Shown one piece after another: positions 7,853 to 18,118 of a DNA stretch of 45,927 nucleotides (positions within the stretch are counted from its first letter, which is position 1; the number at the start of each line of letters is the position of its first letter). A program made the translations under genes and the position numbers. The notes below the pieces were generated by a model, which did no database searches, was not told where the DNA came from, and saw only the letters and a list, made by a program, of their open reading frames with translations. Origin of the DNA: Verrucomicrobiota bacterium (GTDB lineage: Bacteria; Verrucomicrobiota; Verrucomicrobiia; Verrucomicrobiales; DEV007); the NCBI GenBank assembly GCA_045046875.1, contig JASFYY010000043.1, positions 1 through 45,927 on the forward strand. The letters run 5' to 3'.

Positions 7853-8233
7853 TCAGTGGCCGCTGCTGTAGCCGTGTCTGTTGGAGTTATGGCCGTTGTA
7901 TTTGTGACCATTTTTGTAGCCGTGTCTATTATAACCATGGCCGTTGCTGTAGCTATTGTAACCGTGTCCGCTATTGCCATGACTATAAGACCTATGCCCA
8001 CCGCTGTTGTGTCCAGATCCATGGCTGTAACCGTAACTGGAGCCATGCCCATAAGATCTGTAGCGGGACAAACCGTGGCCAGTACTGATGCTGACTTGGA
8101 TTCCATGGCGTGAGCCGTGGCCACTGTTGTGGGGAGTTCCTGCCTGGGCTTTCGGACTAAAACTTAAGCCAAGTGCTGCGAACAGAGCGACGATGGCGAT
8201 AGTGATTTTTGAGGTTTTGATTTTTTTGTTCAT
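7853..8233 (-). CDS. Secreted Gly/His/Ser/Tyr/Asn-rich low-complexity protein
   Basis: Signal peptide MNKKIK...KAQA, then repeated GHGY/SHG/NGH motifs. Confidence 0.8.
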   Translation of the reverse strand: MNKKIKTSKITIAIVALFAALGLSFSPKAQAGTPHNSGHGSRHGIQVSISTGHGLSRYRSYGHGSSYGYSHGSGHNSGGHRSYSHGNSGHGYNSYSNGHGYNRHGYKNGHKYNGHNSNRHGYSSGH

Positions 8234-8412
8234 AATAGCGATATTTTGTAGTCGTTAGGTTCGACGGAGGGTGATGGGATTTATTCAACGGAGGTGCGAT
8301 TTTTTTCGGGAAGCTTTTTGAGCAAGGTCGCGCCTATAGATTCCACAGTATAACTATTAAGCTAAACGATGAGATGAGAAATTAAGCTTGCTTAGCCTGG
8401 TGACAGATCTGA

Positions 8413-11160
8413 TTAATCACTTGGCAGCAAACCAAGACCGCGAGCTTTGGCAACAGCATCGCGGCGACCATGCACGTTAAGCTTGCGATAGATAGTATGG
8501 GTATGCCTCTTTACTGTGCCGGGGGCGATGAACAGGCGCTCTCCGATTTCACGATTGCTTAGGCGGCTGGCGAGCAAATGCAGGACTTCCTGTTCCCGTT
8601 CGGTAAGCGCGTCGATCAGAGGGTCGTCAATAGCGGCAAGGGCATTGGGCTTATCGGGAACATTGAGCATGCCTGATTGAGCATTTTCTGCTGCAAAGCC
8701 GGAAAGGATACGTCCTACGTATTCTACTCCCTGGACGTCCAGCTTGAGGCGATTGAGCAAGGGGATTAATTCAGTGCCTGCATCGATGAAGAGTTTGATG
8801 AAACCTCCTGGCTGCGCCAATAAAACAGCTTGTTTTAAGCAGTCGAAGGCTTGTTCGCTGTGTTTATCTTTTTGCAGGCACAAGACTTTTAAAACCAGCA
8901 CATGAATCAAAAAACGATTATTGTTACACTTAGTGTAGATCTCTATGAGTTGTTGCAAAAGCAGCAGGGCTTTTGTTCGTGACGATTTTTTATTTTCAGC
9001 AATGAGCACTCGGGCCAGGGTGATGTGGGGAACAAAAAAACGGTAGTTGGCGTGATGGGGATCATCGGCGAAAGTTTTTGCCCAGAGAGAAGCCTCGGCC
9101 AATTTGCCGTGGCGTAGATTGATCTCGGCCTGTATGGCTTCGACAGTGCTGATCAAAGAAGCGTTGCGCAATTCAAGCGCGCGTTGCTTGATCTTGCGGA
9201 TCAATTCGGAGGATTCGTCGAACCTGTGCTGGGAATCATAAACCATCGCCAGGGCAAAGGTGGAGTGCAGCGTATTTTTAAAGTTGGCTTCTGGATACTC
9301 TTCGACGATTTCAGTCAAAGGGTCTTCGGCTTCATCGATTTCATTTTTTTCATAATGAATGATAGCCCGGAAGTATAAAGCGTGAGCAAGTGTTTCCGGG
9401 AAATCCAGTTTTTTGCCAAGTTGTTCAAGTTCCTCAGCTCCAGGCCGCATGCCCTCCAGATCGGCTTCCAACCAGTGCATAAAACACAGTGCGGCGAGTA
9501 GTCGAGTGTGAAAGGGGGTGTCCAACAAGGTTTTGTCCTCGAAGGCAGTAAAAATTAGAGCTTTGGCTTCGGTCATCAGGCCTTCCATTTGCAGCAGCAG
9601 GGCTTGTAGGATGACAAGGGTGCCTCGCTCGATCCACTGATCCTCGGCTAACAAAGCCAGAGCTTCTTGCGCGTGGAATCTGGCTTTGGCGGTGTCGGTG
9701 ATTTCATAATACTGCACACAGCGCATCACATGGGTGGTGCCTTTCATCCGTTTGACCCCATCTTCGTCGCCAGGCATGGTTGCGAGCAATTCTTCCACTC
9801 GATCTAGAATGGTGTTGCCGCCTAGCTCGATGAATTCAAGCATGGTCCAAGCTTGCAGCAAGAGTATAGCGGGCTCTTTAGCGGCTTGCTCAACGGGCAA
9901 GTGTCGGATCAAATGAGTCAGGCGCACTTCCTGTTCATTCTGGAATAGTGAATGCAGCTTGGAAATGACAATTTGCGTGGCCTGCTCGGGATCGTCGCCT
10001 TTGAGGGCATGGCTTACGGCTTCTTCCAGTAGGTTTTCATCTGCGTACCATCTGGCGGCTTGACTATGCAGGGTGGCGATGAATGCTTCTCCGGACTCTG
10101 CTTTAAGCCGGTCCAGCAAAAAATCCTGGAATAAATGATGGAATCGATACCAGATGCCTTCGTCGTCCAAAGCGATCATGAAGAGGTTGCTCTCCAGCAG
10201 TTTTGGCATCAGGGGGAATTCTCCAGAGTCTTGATCTTCTTCGCAATAGGATTCTAAATCCGGGTTTACTGATAGGCAGAGATCTTTGCACAGGCGCGCG
10301 CAAAAACGATCCAGCACGGCTACTTTTAATAAACACTCCCGGAATGGCGAAGGCTGTTGCGCGAGCACTTCGTTCATCAAATATTCGCGTACCACCTGCG
10401 GGCTGCCTTCGAGCTGGCCGAGAAATTGATTCACATCTTTGCAATAACGTAGATTCAGGCTGACCAACCGTAGGCCTGCGGCCCAACCTTCAATGCGTCG
10501 GTCTAAGTTCTGCAGGGTTTCTTCAGACAGGGCATCTCCGGCAACGGGTTTCAGAAAGTCGGCTACTTCTTTGGTTTGAAAGCGCAGGTCCTGCATCCGG
10601 ATTTCACTGAGAGCTCCTTGTGAACGCAGGGTGTTCAATTGCAGGGGAGGGTCACGCCGGGTGAGGATGATCAGGCGTAAGAGGGGTGGGGGATTTTGAA
10701 TCAATACAGATAAAAAGTCATAGATTTCCGTGTTGCGAATACGGTGAAGATCATCCAAAACCAATAATACTCTTTCATCGCAGGAGATCATTCCTTCGCT
10801 GAGCATCCGGGCGAGATGTGCGGAGTCTGACAAGTGCGCATTACTGAGTAAGCTGGCAAGTTTGTGACAGGCCTTGGGGTGTTGTTTTTGAATGGCCGCG
10901 ATCAGGTATTGTAAGAATACTCTGAACTCATTGTCATTTTCATCGAGAGAGAGCCAGCCGAAAGTGGCGTCGGTCTCGGCCAGCCAGGTTGCCAACAGCA
11001 CACTTTTTCCATATCCGGGAGGGGCGGAGATCAGGGTGACGGTATCGTTTTCTCCTTGATCCAGTAGTGCAAAAAGATGCCTGCGTAGCAAGGGGCCATG
11101 CGCCACCCGCGGGGGGTGGAGTTTGGTTTGCAATAGGGGCATGGGTTCTGTCAATAACAT
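8413..11160 (-). CDS. MalT-like STAND ATPase / TPR / LuxR-HTH regulator
   Basis: TKLHPP, Walker A APPGYGKS, LVLDDLH, EGWAAGL, WYRFHHLF, C-terminal LTEREQEVL..SNREIGERLFI..TVKRH. Confidence 0.95.
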   Translation of the reverse strand: MLLTEPMPLLQTKLHPPRVAHGPLLRRHLFALLDQGENDTVTLISAPPGYGKSVLLATWLAETDATFGWLSLDENDNEFRVFLQYLIAAIQKQHPKACHKLASLLSNAHLSDSAHLARMLSEGMISCDERVLLVLDDLHRIRNTEIYDFLSVLIQNPPPLLRLIILTRRDPPLQLNTLRSQGALSEIRMQDLRFQTKEVADFLKPVAGDALSEETLQNLDRRIEGWAAGLRLVSLNLRYCKDVNQFLGQLEGSPQVVREYLMNEVLAQQPSPFRECLLKVAVLDRFCARLCKDLCLSVNPDLESYCEEDQDSGEFPLMPKLLESNLFMIALDDEGIWYRFHHLFQDFLLDRLKAESGEAFIATLHSQAARWYADENLLEEAVSHALKGDDPEQATQIVISKLHSLFQNEQEVRLTHLIRHLPVEQAAKEPAILLLQAWTMLEFIELGGNTILDRVEELLATMPGDEDGVKRMKGTTHVMRCVQYYEITDTAKARFHAQEALALLAEDQWIERGTLVILQALLLQMEGLMTEAKALIFTAFEDKTLLDTPFHTRLLAALCFMHWLEADLEGMRPGAEELEQLGKKLDFPETLAHALYFRAIIHYEKNEIDEAEDPLTEIVEEYPEANFKNTLHSTFALAMVYDSQHRFDESSELIRKIKQRALELRNASLISTVEAIQAEINLRHGKLAEASLWAKTFADDPHHANYRFFVPHITLARVLIAENKKSSRTKALLLLQQLIEIYTKCNNNRFLIHVLVLKVLCLQKDKHSEQAFDCLKQAVLLAQPGGFIKLFIDAGTELIPLLNRLKLDVQGVEYVGRILSGFAAENAQSGMLNVPDKPNALAAIDDPLIDALTEREQEVLHLLASRLSNREIGERLFIAPGTVKRHTHTIYRKLNVHGRRDAVAKARGLGLLPSD

Positions 11161-11235
11161 AGGGAGAACGCCTGATTCTGGATGGTTAAGTCGTTGGTGA
11201 CAATCTTAAAGAGTAAAATTATATGCTCCAATATT

Positions 11236-12471
11236 TTATTGTTCGCTGGTCTCGAAGCTGGCGGTTTGTTGTTCGCAGTGGGATAAGGCATCTCCGGCAA
11301 GGAATAGTGAGCCGGTTATCAGGATGGGATCGTCTGAAAGTCGGGACTGCTTCAAGGCGTCCGCCACATCAATGGCGGTGCGGTGTGGGATGTGCGATGC
11401 TGCGGATTGTTGCAAAGCTGCTGTTAAAGCATCCGTCTCCAACCCTCTTTTTGCGGTGAGTTTCACAAAGATGAAACTTGCGGCGATCATTGCAAGAATG
11501 CTTAACATGGAGGAAACCTCTTTGGAGTCGGCGGCAGCAAATACGATGGTGACCTTTTGCTCCTGACTATATTCTTCTTGCCAGGTGGTCACTAGAGCGG
11601 TCATCGCCGCAGGATTGTGAGCTCCGTCGATGACCAGGTTTCCTTCTCTGAGATCAAAACGTCCGGGCCAGTTCACTTCGCTTAAACCTTTTCCGATGTT
11701 TTTTTCTGTCAGCTTGGGTAGGATGATTTTTGTCGCGGCAATAGCTAAAGCGGCATTGAGGCGTTGATGTGGGCCTTTTAAGGCGAAGCCATTGATCTTA
11801 GCGGCAGCTTGAACCGAATGCAGCTGGGTATGGTGCTTGTTTGCGTATTGTTGTAATACGTCCAAGACCTCTTCGTCCTGACAAGCACTGGTGATCACCG
11901 GAATTTCGTTTTTGATGATGCCTGCTTTTTCCTGGGTGACGGAGCGCAGATCTTCACCGAGCCACTGTTGGTGGTCGAGTCCGATGGAGGTGATCACGCT
12001 AAGCGATGAGGGTAGCACATTGGTCGCGTCCAGTCGCCCACCCATGCCGGTTTCCATCACCAGCACCTCGACGTTTTGTTGACAGAAATATTTAACTGCC
12101 AAAGCAAGCGTCAGCTCGAAGAAGGTCGGGTGGCTTTCCCAGTTGCTCACCTGGTCGCGCAGTTCGGTGAGAATAGTAGCCACTTCGGTTTCACTGATCA
12201 TGCAGCCGTCTATGCGGATGCGCTCGCGGAAGCAGATCAGGTGGGGAGAGGTGAAAAGCCCAGTGCGTTTGTCGGCGGTACGGGTTATCGAATCGATCAT
12301 GGCGCAGACCGAGCCTTTGCCATTGGTTCCGGCTACGTGAACGATTATGCGGTTTTCCAGTTGGGGGAATAAATCCAACGCTTCGAACAAGCGCTGGGTC
12401 CCTTCCAAACCAAGTTTGATGCCGAACAACTGCGTGCCGTAGAGCCAGTCGATGGCTTCTTCATAATCCAT
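11236..12471 (-). CDS. folC: Folylpolyglutamate/dihydrofolate synthase
   Basis: VHVAGTNGKGS, FTSPHL, ETGMGGRLDATN, WPGRF, DGAHN, GSLFL. Confidence 0.97.
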   Translation of the reverse strand: MDYEEAIDWLYGTQLFGIKLGLEGTQRLFEALDLFPQLENRIIVHVAGTNGKGSVCAMIDSITRTADKRTGLFTSPHLICFRERIRIDGCMISETEVATILTELRDQVSNWESHPTFFELTLALAVKYFCQQNVEVLVMETGMGGRLDATNVLPSSLSVITSIGLDHQQWLGEDLRSVTQEKAGIIKNEIPVITSACQDEEVLDVLQQYANKHHTQLHSVQAAAKINGFALKGPHQRLNAALAIAATKIILPKLTEKNIGKGLSEVNWPGRFDLREGNLVIDGAHNPAAMTALVTTWQEEYSQEQKVTIVFAAADSKEVSSMLSILAMIAASFIFVKLTAKRGLETDALTAALQQSAASHIPHRTAIDVADALKQSRLSDDPILITGSLFLAGDALSHCEQQTASFETSEQ

Positions 12472-12513
12472 CCGCCAAGTAGTCGAGGTAAGTGGTGTAA
12501 ACGTCTGTTTTTT

Positions 12514-13353
12514 TCAGGCTGTCGCCGGTTCCATGTATTTGATCAAACTGCCGAGGCGGTCACGCAGGTCTCCCCGAGTGACGATCATATCCACCAGTCC
12601 ATGTTTTTTCATGAACTCTGCGGTTTGGAACCCGGGAGGGAGATTCTGGTGGGTGGTTTCCTTGACCACCCGAGGTCCGGCAAAGCCGATCATGCACTTG
12701 GGCTCAGCGATGATCACATCTCCCAAAGCGGCAAAGCTAGCGGTCACACCGCCAGTGGTGGGATGAGTCAGTACGCCAATGTAAGCGAGGCCCTGGTCGT
12801 GATGACGTGCCAGCGCGGCGCTGGTTTTGGCCATTTGCATCAGGCTGAGGATGCCTTCATGCATGCGCGCTCCTCCGGAGGCGCAGACTAAGATCACTGC
12901 ACAGCGGTCTGCGGTGGCAGCTTCGATCGCGCGCGTTACCTTTTCCCCTACCACCGAGCCCATGCTGGCACCGAGGAAGCGGAAATCCATGACTCCCAGT
13001 AATACAGGAGATTCGAGGATTTTTGCCCGGCCTGTTACGATGGCATCCTTGAGGCCGGTTTTTTTCTGGTAAGCTTTGATCTTTTCGGAGTAGGCATTGA
13101 AGTCGAGCGGATTTTTTGATTCCAGTTTTTTGTCCATTTCGACAAAAGAACCGGGATCGACCAACATCTCGATCCGCCCTGGCGCGGTCATCGGGAAGTG
13201 GTAATCACACTTTGGGCAAACATGGTAATGTTGCTGTAAATCGGCCTCGTGAATGATCGCTCCGCAATCGGGGCACTTGTGCCACAAGCCTTCCGGCATG
13301 TCGCGTTTCTTTTTACCTAAGGACTTGATGGATCGTCTTTTAAAAATACCCAT
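12514..13353 (-). CDS. accD: Acetyl-CoA carboxylase carboxyltransferase beta subunit
   Basis: WHKCPDC/CPKC zinc finger, GASMGSVVGEK, SGGARMHEG, PTTGGVTASFA, GFAGPRV. Confidence 0.98.
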   Translation of the reverse strand: MGIFKRRSIKSLGKKKRDMPEGLWHKCPDCGAIIHEADLQQHYHVCPKCDYHFPMTAPGRIEMLVDPGSFVEMDKKLESKNPLDFNAYSEKIKAYQKKTGLKDAIVTGRAKILESPVLLGVMDFRFLGASMGSVVGEKVTRAIEAATADRCAVILVCASGGARMHEGILSLMQMAKTSAALARHHDQGLAYIGVLTHPTTGGVTASFAALGDVIIAEPKCMIGFAGPRVVKETTHQNLPPGFQTAEFMKKHGLVDMIVTRGDLRDRLGSLIKYMEPATA

Positions 13354-13412
13354 GACTAAAATGATTGATTTTTGACCGCTCTATAACGTCGCATGCGGTC
13401 AGCGTCTCCATT

Positions 13413-14207
13413 TTACCCTCGAACGGCGGTAATCACAACCACCTTTAGCGCTCCGGCTTCAGATAGGACCTGTGCGCATTCAGAAGCGGTGGCGCCAGTG
13501 GTCAAAACATCATCCACTAACAGAACGCGGCGGCCGTGAATCTCCTTTCGCTGTCGTATTCTGGGAGAAATAACAAAGGCTCCACGCAGATTTTTCAGTC
13601 GTTCACTGCGATCGAGCATCGCCTGGCGGCGGGTGTAACGTGTTCGGCGCAGGGCATTCACCGTTTTCAGACCGTGACTGCGGGCTAACTGGCGGCACAA
13701 TTCATCAGCTTGGTTGAATTCCCGCTCCCGCAGACGTTTGGGATGCAACGGCACTGGCACCAGAATCCATTCGTCCTCCTCGTCATCGTCGTCCTCCCCC
13801 GAGCCGACATCCGCCAGACGCGGATCCTGCAAGGTTGCGGCGAGCATTTCACCGAGCAAGCCGGAGAGAAAAAAATGACCGTTGTATTTGAACCGGTGAA
13901 CCAAAACCCGGGCGAGTCCCTTGCTTTGGTAGCCGGCCCGGGCAAAATCGAACTGCAAAATGCGATCACTGCAATTGGAGCATTGAAAGGGGGGTGTCAG
14001 TTCGCCGCTGTAGGTTTGTCCGCAAACTTCGCAAAGCGGTCTCCGGATGGGGTGCAACTGTTTGCGACAATCTGAGCACAGATAATTGTCATCTTCCTCC
14101 AGATTGCTTTCGCAGCCGTAACAGGCTCGCGGGTAAACCAGACCCAGGAGGGCGTTTTTGGCACTTTGGACAGCAGGGATTAGGAACTTTGCTGCCGCTT
14201 TTATCAT
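13413..14207 (-). CDS. comF: ComF-family protein (double zinc ribbon + PRTase domain)
   Basis: CxxC clusters, VPVPLH..R..EREFNQA, LLVDDVLTTGAT. Confidence 0.9.
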   Translation of the reverse strand: MIKAAAKFLIPAVQSAKNALLGLVYPRACYGCESNLEEDDNYLCSDCRKQLHPIRRPLCEVCGQTYSGELTPPFQCSNCSDRILQFDFARAGYQSKGLARVLVHRFKYNGHFFLSGLLGEMLAATLQDPRLADVGSGEDDDDEEDEWILVPVPLHPKRLREREFNQADELCRQLARSHGLKTVNALRRTRYTRRQAMLDRSERLKNLRGAFVISPRIRQRKEIHGRRVLLVDDVLTTGATASECAQVLSEAGALKVVVITAVRG

Positions 14208-14219
14208 GTGAATTCCAGA

Positions 14220-15206
14220 TCAATCGTGTGACTCGCTCGCAAAAGCGCTGCGGGTATAATATTTCCGCAAAATCAGCCATACCATAATTCCCGTTAGCAA
14301 AACAACTGCCATTGGAATAATTCCGGTTTTTAAGTCCTGACCTGCCCAGGGAAGCATGTCCGCCAGCGCCATTTTTTTGCGGGTGATAGGACTGAAGATC
14401 TTGATGCCAAAAATCCATCCGGCGTGCAGCCCTATGCCCATCCACAGAGAGCGGGTTTTGAGCCGCACATAACCCAGTATCCAACCGACTGTGAATAAAG
14501 TGGCAAACTCGGCCATCACAAAAATAGGATTGCCGAACTGGGAAAAAATCTGCCCGATCATCCAGAAGCCGCTGCTCCAGATCACTGGTGGCAGTTGCAG
14601 CTCGGGCGGGGGTTTCATGAAGTGAACCAAGGTGTAAACAAAAGTCACAAATAACAAGGCGCGAAAGGGACGCGCGGCGCGTAAAATCAAGTTCATTAGC
14701 CCCCAACGGAAAAATAGCTCTTCGACGATGGCTGCCCCGGCTGCGGCGCTCATCGCTTTGATCAAAACACGGGACCATTCCCAGTCATCAGCTGAACGGG
14801 GTTTGTAATAACCGACTTTGACATAAACCCAGCCCATCAGTAGTAAGGGAACCAGCGCAAGAACGAAACCGAGGGCGATGTGTTTCCAGCGGTAGGGGTT
14901 TTTTACTAAAGAGATGTCACTACGGAACCGTTGTGAGTCATTCAGTCCAGCCCGCACCCAGCGCACGGTCGGGTAAATCATTAGAATCGCCGCGATCAGC
15001 ATGGCACGGTTGAAAAAACGTGAAAATTTTGATCTTTCCAGTGCCGCGTTTAATGCGTCCAGGGGGCCGTCTTCCAGGGTTCCTTGCGCCACCAGCCACT
15101 TGCAAGACAGAAATAGCGGGGGGGCTAGCAAAGCGCCTAAGATCATCGTCGTCACCAGAAATACGGTGACTTTGAAAACTTCGCTGCGAAAGATGGGTGT
15201 TTGCAT
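14220..15206 (-). CDS. CPBP (CAAX/Abi) intramembrane metalloprotease
   Basis: EELFFR, F...H, SLW..IGLHAGW; probable start ATG 15206. Confidence 0.88.
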   Translation of the reverse strand: MQTPIFRSEVFKVTVFLVTTMILGALLAPPLFLSCKWLVAQGTLEDGPLDALNAALERSKFSRFFNRAMLIAAILMIYPTVRWVRAGLNDSQRFRSDISLVKNPYRWKHIALGFVLALVPLLLMGWVYVKVGYYKPRSADDWEWSRVLIKAMSAAAGAAIVEELFFRWGLMNLILRAARPFRALLFVTFVYTLVHFMKPPPELQLPPVIWSSGFWMIGQIFSQFGNPIFVMAEFATLFTVGWILGYVRLKTRSLWMGIGLHAGWIFGIKIFSPITRKKMALADMLPWAGQDLKTGIIPMAVVLLTGIMVWLILRKYYTRSAFASESHD

Positions 15207-15221
15207 GGGATGCGGGGGACG

Positions 15222-15255
15222 GAAGTCAGGATTCAGAAGTTGAGAATTTTGAGAA
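15222..15255 (-). repeat. Degenerate heptamer tract (TTCTGAA-like on minus strand)
   Basis: GAAGTCA GGATTCA GAAGTTGA GAATTTTGA GAA. Confidence 0.55.
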
Positions 15256-15329
15256 ATGTGCTTGTTAAGCATTTGTAATCAGTGTTTCCAAAGCGATAGA
15301 GTTTTTTTACATTTGCACCGATTTATCCA

Positions 15330-15361
15330 TTCTGTCTCCAGAATTCTGAATTCTTACTTCT
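15330..15361 (+). repeat. Degenerate heptamer tract
   Basis: TTCTGTC TCCAGAA TTCTGAA TTCTTAC TTCT. Confidence 0.7.
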
Positions 15362-15369
15362 AAAAAACA

Positions 15370-15660
15370 ATGATCAAACACGAATGGCGCGAGACTTTAC
15401 CCGATGGCGATGTGCGTTACATCACCGCAAAACGTCATGGAGCAAGATGGCAATTTCAAACTTGTCTCAAATCGGATGACGAGTGGACCCCCTTGGATGA
15501 CTTGCCGCTGGAGGATCTGCAGCAGTTGCGCGTCGTGATGTGGAACAAATACCAGCGTAAACGCATCCCTTACGAACACGTATTGGAAGTGGATGCGATG
15601 ATCGAAGAATGTGAGGCGGCAACGCAGGAAGCGGGCGCTGATGGTGGCAGCGATGATTGA
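15370..15660 (+). CDS. Conserved hypothetical protein
   Basis: 96-aa ORF with globular composition (HEWRE..., KYQRKRIPY), coupled to bioA. Confidence 0.8.
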   Translation: MIKHEWRETLPDGDVRYITAKRHGARWQFQTCLKSDDEWTPLDDLPLEDLQQLRVVMWNKYQRKRIPYEHVLEVDAMIEECEAATQEAGADGGSDD

Positions 15661-15662
15661 TC

Positions 15663-16946
15663 ATGCAGGCGCTGTCTCATTCGAGTGAAAAGTTGCGCGC
15701 GCTGGATAAAGCGCACCTTTGGCACCCTTTCACCCAGATGCAGGATTGGTGTGCAGCGCAGCACGATCCGTTGATCATCGCCTCGGGGGAGGGCGCATGG
15801 CTCTATGATTCGGAGGGCAATAAATACATCGACGGCAACAGCTCGATCTGGACCAATATTCATGGCCACGCTCATCCTGCGATCGATGCCGCGATTCGGC
15901 AACAGCTTGAGAAAATAGCCCACTGCTCGGGTCTTGGTTTCACCAATGAGGCGGCGATTTTACTGGCGGAAAAGTTGGTCGGACTGTTTCCCGTCGATAC
16001 CCTGACGCGGGTTTTTTACAGTGATGACGGTTCTACTGCGATCGAGTGTGCCTGCAAAATGGCGATTCAATACCGCCAGCTGGATGAACAAAACGAGCGA
16101 TGTGTTTTTGTCGCTTTTGATCAAGCTTATCACGGTGACACCGCCGGAGCAGCTTCCCTCGGGGGTATCAATACTCTGCATCAGCGTTTCAGTTCGTTTG
16201 GTTTTGATACCTGCCATGTGTCAAATCTCGCAGGCTTGCAAAACCTGTCGCCAGACATTCTTTCCAAGCTCACCGCCGTCATTATCGAACCGCTGATTCA
16301 AGGTGCTGCCGGGATGAAGCTCTGGCCGCAAGGCATGTTGGCAGAGTTGCGTCAGTGGTGCGATGCGCACGATGTTTTTCTCATTCTCGACGAAGTGATG
16401 ACCGGCTTTGGGCGCACAGGCACTCTGTTTGCCTGTGAGCAGGAACAAGTAGTGCCCGACTTCATCGCGCTGGCCAAAGGCCTGACCGGTGGTTATTTGC
16501 CTTTGGCGGCCACCCTCACCACAGAAAAAGTTTTTGAGAAATTCCTCGGCAGTCAAGAAGAACAGAAAACATTTTATTATGGCCACAGTTATAACGCCAA
16601 TCCGCTCGGCTGTGCCGCGGCCCTGGCTAACCTGGAGATTTTCGAAAGCGAAAATACTCTTGAAAAACTAGAAAAAAAGATAGCGTTGCTTGAGGTCTTA
16701 CTGGAGGAACAATTGGCTCCTTTAGCTACTGTAACAGAAATCCGCCAATGCGGATTCATCGCAGCTATCGACACCGCGTACCCGCAACAAAACGGGGCAC
16801 AACTCTGCCTGGCCGTCCGCCAACAAGGCTTGCTCACTCGCCCCATCGGCGATACCATCGTGCTCATGCCCCCCCTGTGCATCAGTAATTCTGATCTGAA
16901 ATCAGCCGTGCAAGCACTGAATAAAATTTTAACTCCTGAATTCTGA
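15663..16946 (+). CDS. bioA: Adenosylmethionine-8-amino-7-oxononanoate aminotransferase
   Basis: [58 protein letters not shown]. Confidence 0.97.
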   Translation: MQALSHSSEKLRALDKAHLWHPFTQMQDWCAAQHDPLIIASGEGAWLYDSEGNKYIDGNSSIWTNIHGHAHPAIDAAIRQQLEKIAHCSGLGFTNEAAILLAEKLVGLFPVDTLTRVFYSDDGSTAIECACKMAIQYRQLDEQNERCVFVAFDQAYHGDTAGAASLGGINTLHQRFSSFGFDTCHVSNLAGLQNLSPDILSKLTAVIIEPLIQGAAGMKLWPQGMLAELRQWCDAHDVFLILDEVMTGFGRTGTLFACEQEQVVPDFIALAKGLTGGYLPLAATLTTEKVFEKFLGSQEEQKTFYYGHSYNANPLGCAAALANLEIFESENTLEKLEKKIALLEVLLEEQLAPLATVTEIRQCGFIAAIDTAYPQQNGAQLCLAVRQQGLLTRPIGDTIVLMPPLCISNSDLKSAVQALNKILTPEF

Positions 16947-16965
16947 ATTCAGACTCCTGACTTCT
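16934..16965 (+). repeat. Heptamer tract spanning the bioA stop
   Basis: TCCTGAA TTCTGAA TTCAGAC TCCTGAC TTCT. Confidence 0.75.
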
Positions 16966-16975
16966 TTCCCTTCCC

Positions 16976-17932
16976 ATGGATCTCTACTCCATCATTCTAA
17001 GCGCCACCATCCCCATCTTCCTAGTGATGGCTGCCGGCGTGATCACCCATCGCATTGGTTGGTTGGAAAATGATATCGAAACGGGGGTGATGCGCTTGGC
17101 TCTCAATTTACTCGTTCCCTGTTTGATTATCGATGTGGTTGTCGGCAACCCTGCATTGGAAAAAGCTTCGGTTGTCGTTTGGGGTATTGGACTGGGTTTC
17201 ATGATCATTGTGCTGGGATATCCGATCGCTTATTTGATTGGGCTTATTTTTGGCCTGCAAAAAGGCAATGGGCGCCGAACCTTTTCTATCGTTGCGGCGA
17301 TTCAGAATTACGGTTACCTGCCGCTGCCGATCATAGCGACTTTGTTTCCCGACGAACCCGGCCCCATTGCCTTGGTATTTATTCATGGCCTGGGAGTGGA
17401 GATCGCCTTGTGGACCGTCGGTCTGTTGATTCTCAGTCGGCACCCGGGTGCCCCGTGGAAAAAACTCATCAACGGTCCCTTCATCGCTGTGGTCATTAGT
17501 TTGACCCTCAACTACAGCGGGGGGCACGCATGGATCCCCGATGTCCTGCGTACGGCAATGCACATGTTGGGGGTTACTGCCATCCCGATCTCCATCTTCA
17601 TGATTGGGGCGATTATCAGTCGACTGTATGATCGCAACATCTGGTCACACGCCGCCCGCACCGCCAGCGCCTCTATTCTCACCCGCTTGATCATTCTACC
17701 GATGATGATTCTGACAATCATCCGCTTCCTGCCTGTCCCCGCGGATTTGGCAAAGGTGCTGGTCATCCAAGCCGGCATGCCCGCCGCCATCATGCCGATC
17801 GTGGTGGCCCGGCTATATGACGGCCATGTGCCCACTGCGATCAAAGTGGTATTGATCACCTCATTCGCCAGCATCCTGACCGCTCCGGCCGTGATCGCTT
17901 TTGGCATGCGCCTGTTGGACTTGGTGCCTTGA
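16976..17932 (+). CDS. AEC (auxin efflux carrier) family transporter
   Basis: ~10 TM; NYGYLPLP and QAGMPAA motifs. Confidence 0.9.
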   Translation: MDLYSIILSATIPIFLVMAAGVITHRIGWLENDIETGVMRLALNLLVPCLIIDVVVGNPALEKASVVVWGIGLGFMIIVLGYPIAYLIGLIFGLQKGNGRRTFSIVAAIQNYGYLPLPIIATLFPDEPGPIALVFIHGLGVEIALWTVGLLILSRHPGAPWKKLINGPFIAVVISLTLNYSGGHAWIPDVLRTAMHMLGVTAIPISIFMIGAIISRLYDRNIWSHAARTASASILTRLIILPMMILTIIRFLPVPADLAKVLVIQAGMPAAIMPIVVARLYDGHVPTAIKVVLITSFASILTAPAVIAFGMRLLDLVP

Positions 17933-17933
17933 T

Positions 17934-17999
17934 GATTATTTTTTTGAAAGCAAGAGAGATCACTTTGGAGTGCGACGCAAGGATGGAGGCAGGAAGATG
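17934..17999 (+). pseudogene. Fragment of the 3' end of a paralogous RAYT transposase
   Basis: 58/66 nt identical to 19043-19108; encodes DYFFESKRDHFGVRRKDGGRKM. Confidence 0.85.
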
Positions 18000-18118
18000 T
18001 GGTATTTTAAGTGGTGGATCCCCATGCAATAAAATACTTGTTTGAGGCGGGAGTTGCGGTATCGTGGGGAGGTGAGAATTGTTTTGATATGCGTAACATT
18101 TGAAGAAAGGGATCAAAC

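Noticed and set aside
7756..8124. Ala/Thr/Val- or Cys-rich alternative-frame ORFs
   Set aside because: Shadows of the low-complexity His/Gly gene; only 7853..8233 has a clear signal peptide.
8413..11160. STAND protein as Avs-type anti-phage NLR or true malT
   Set aside because: The C-terminal LuxR HTH marks a transcription regulator, no effector domain is present, and there are no maltose genes.
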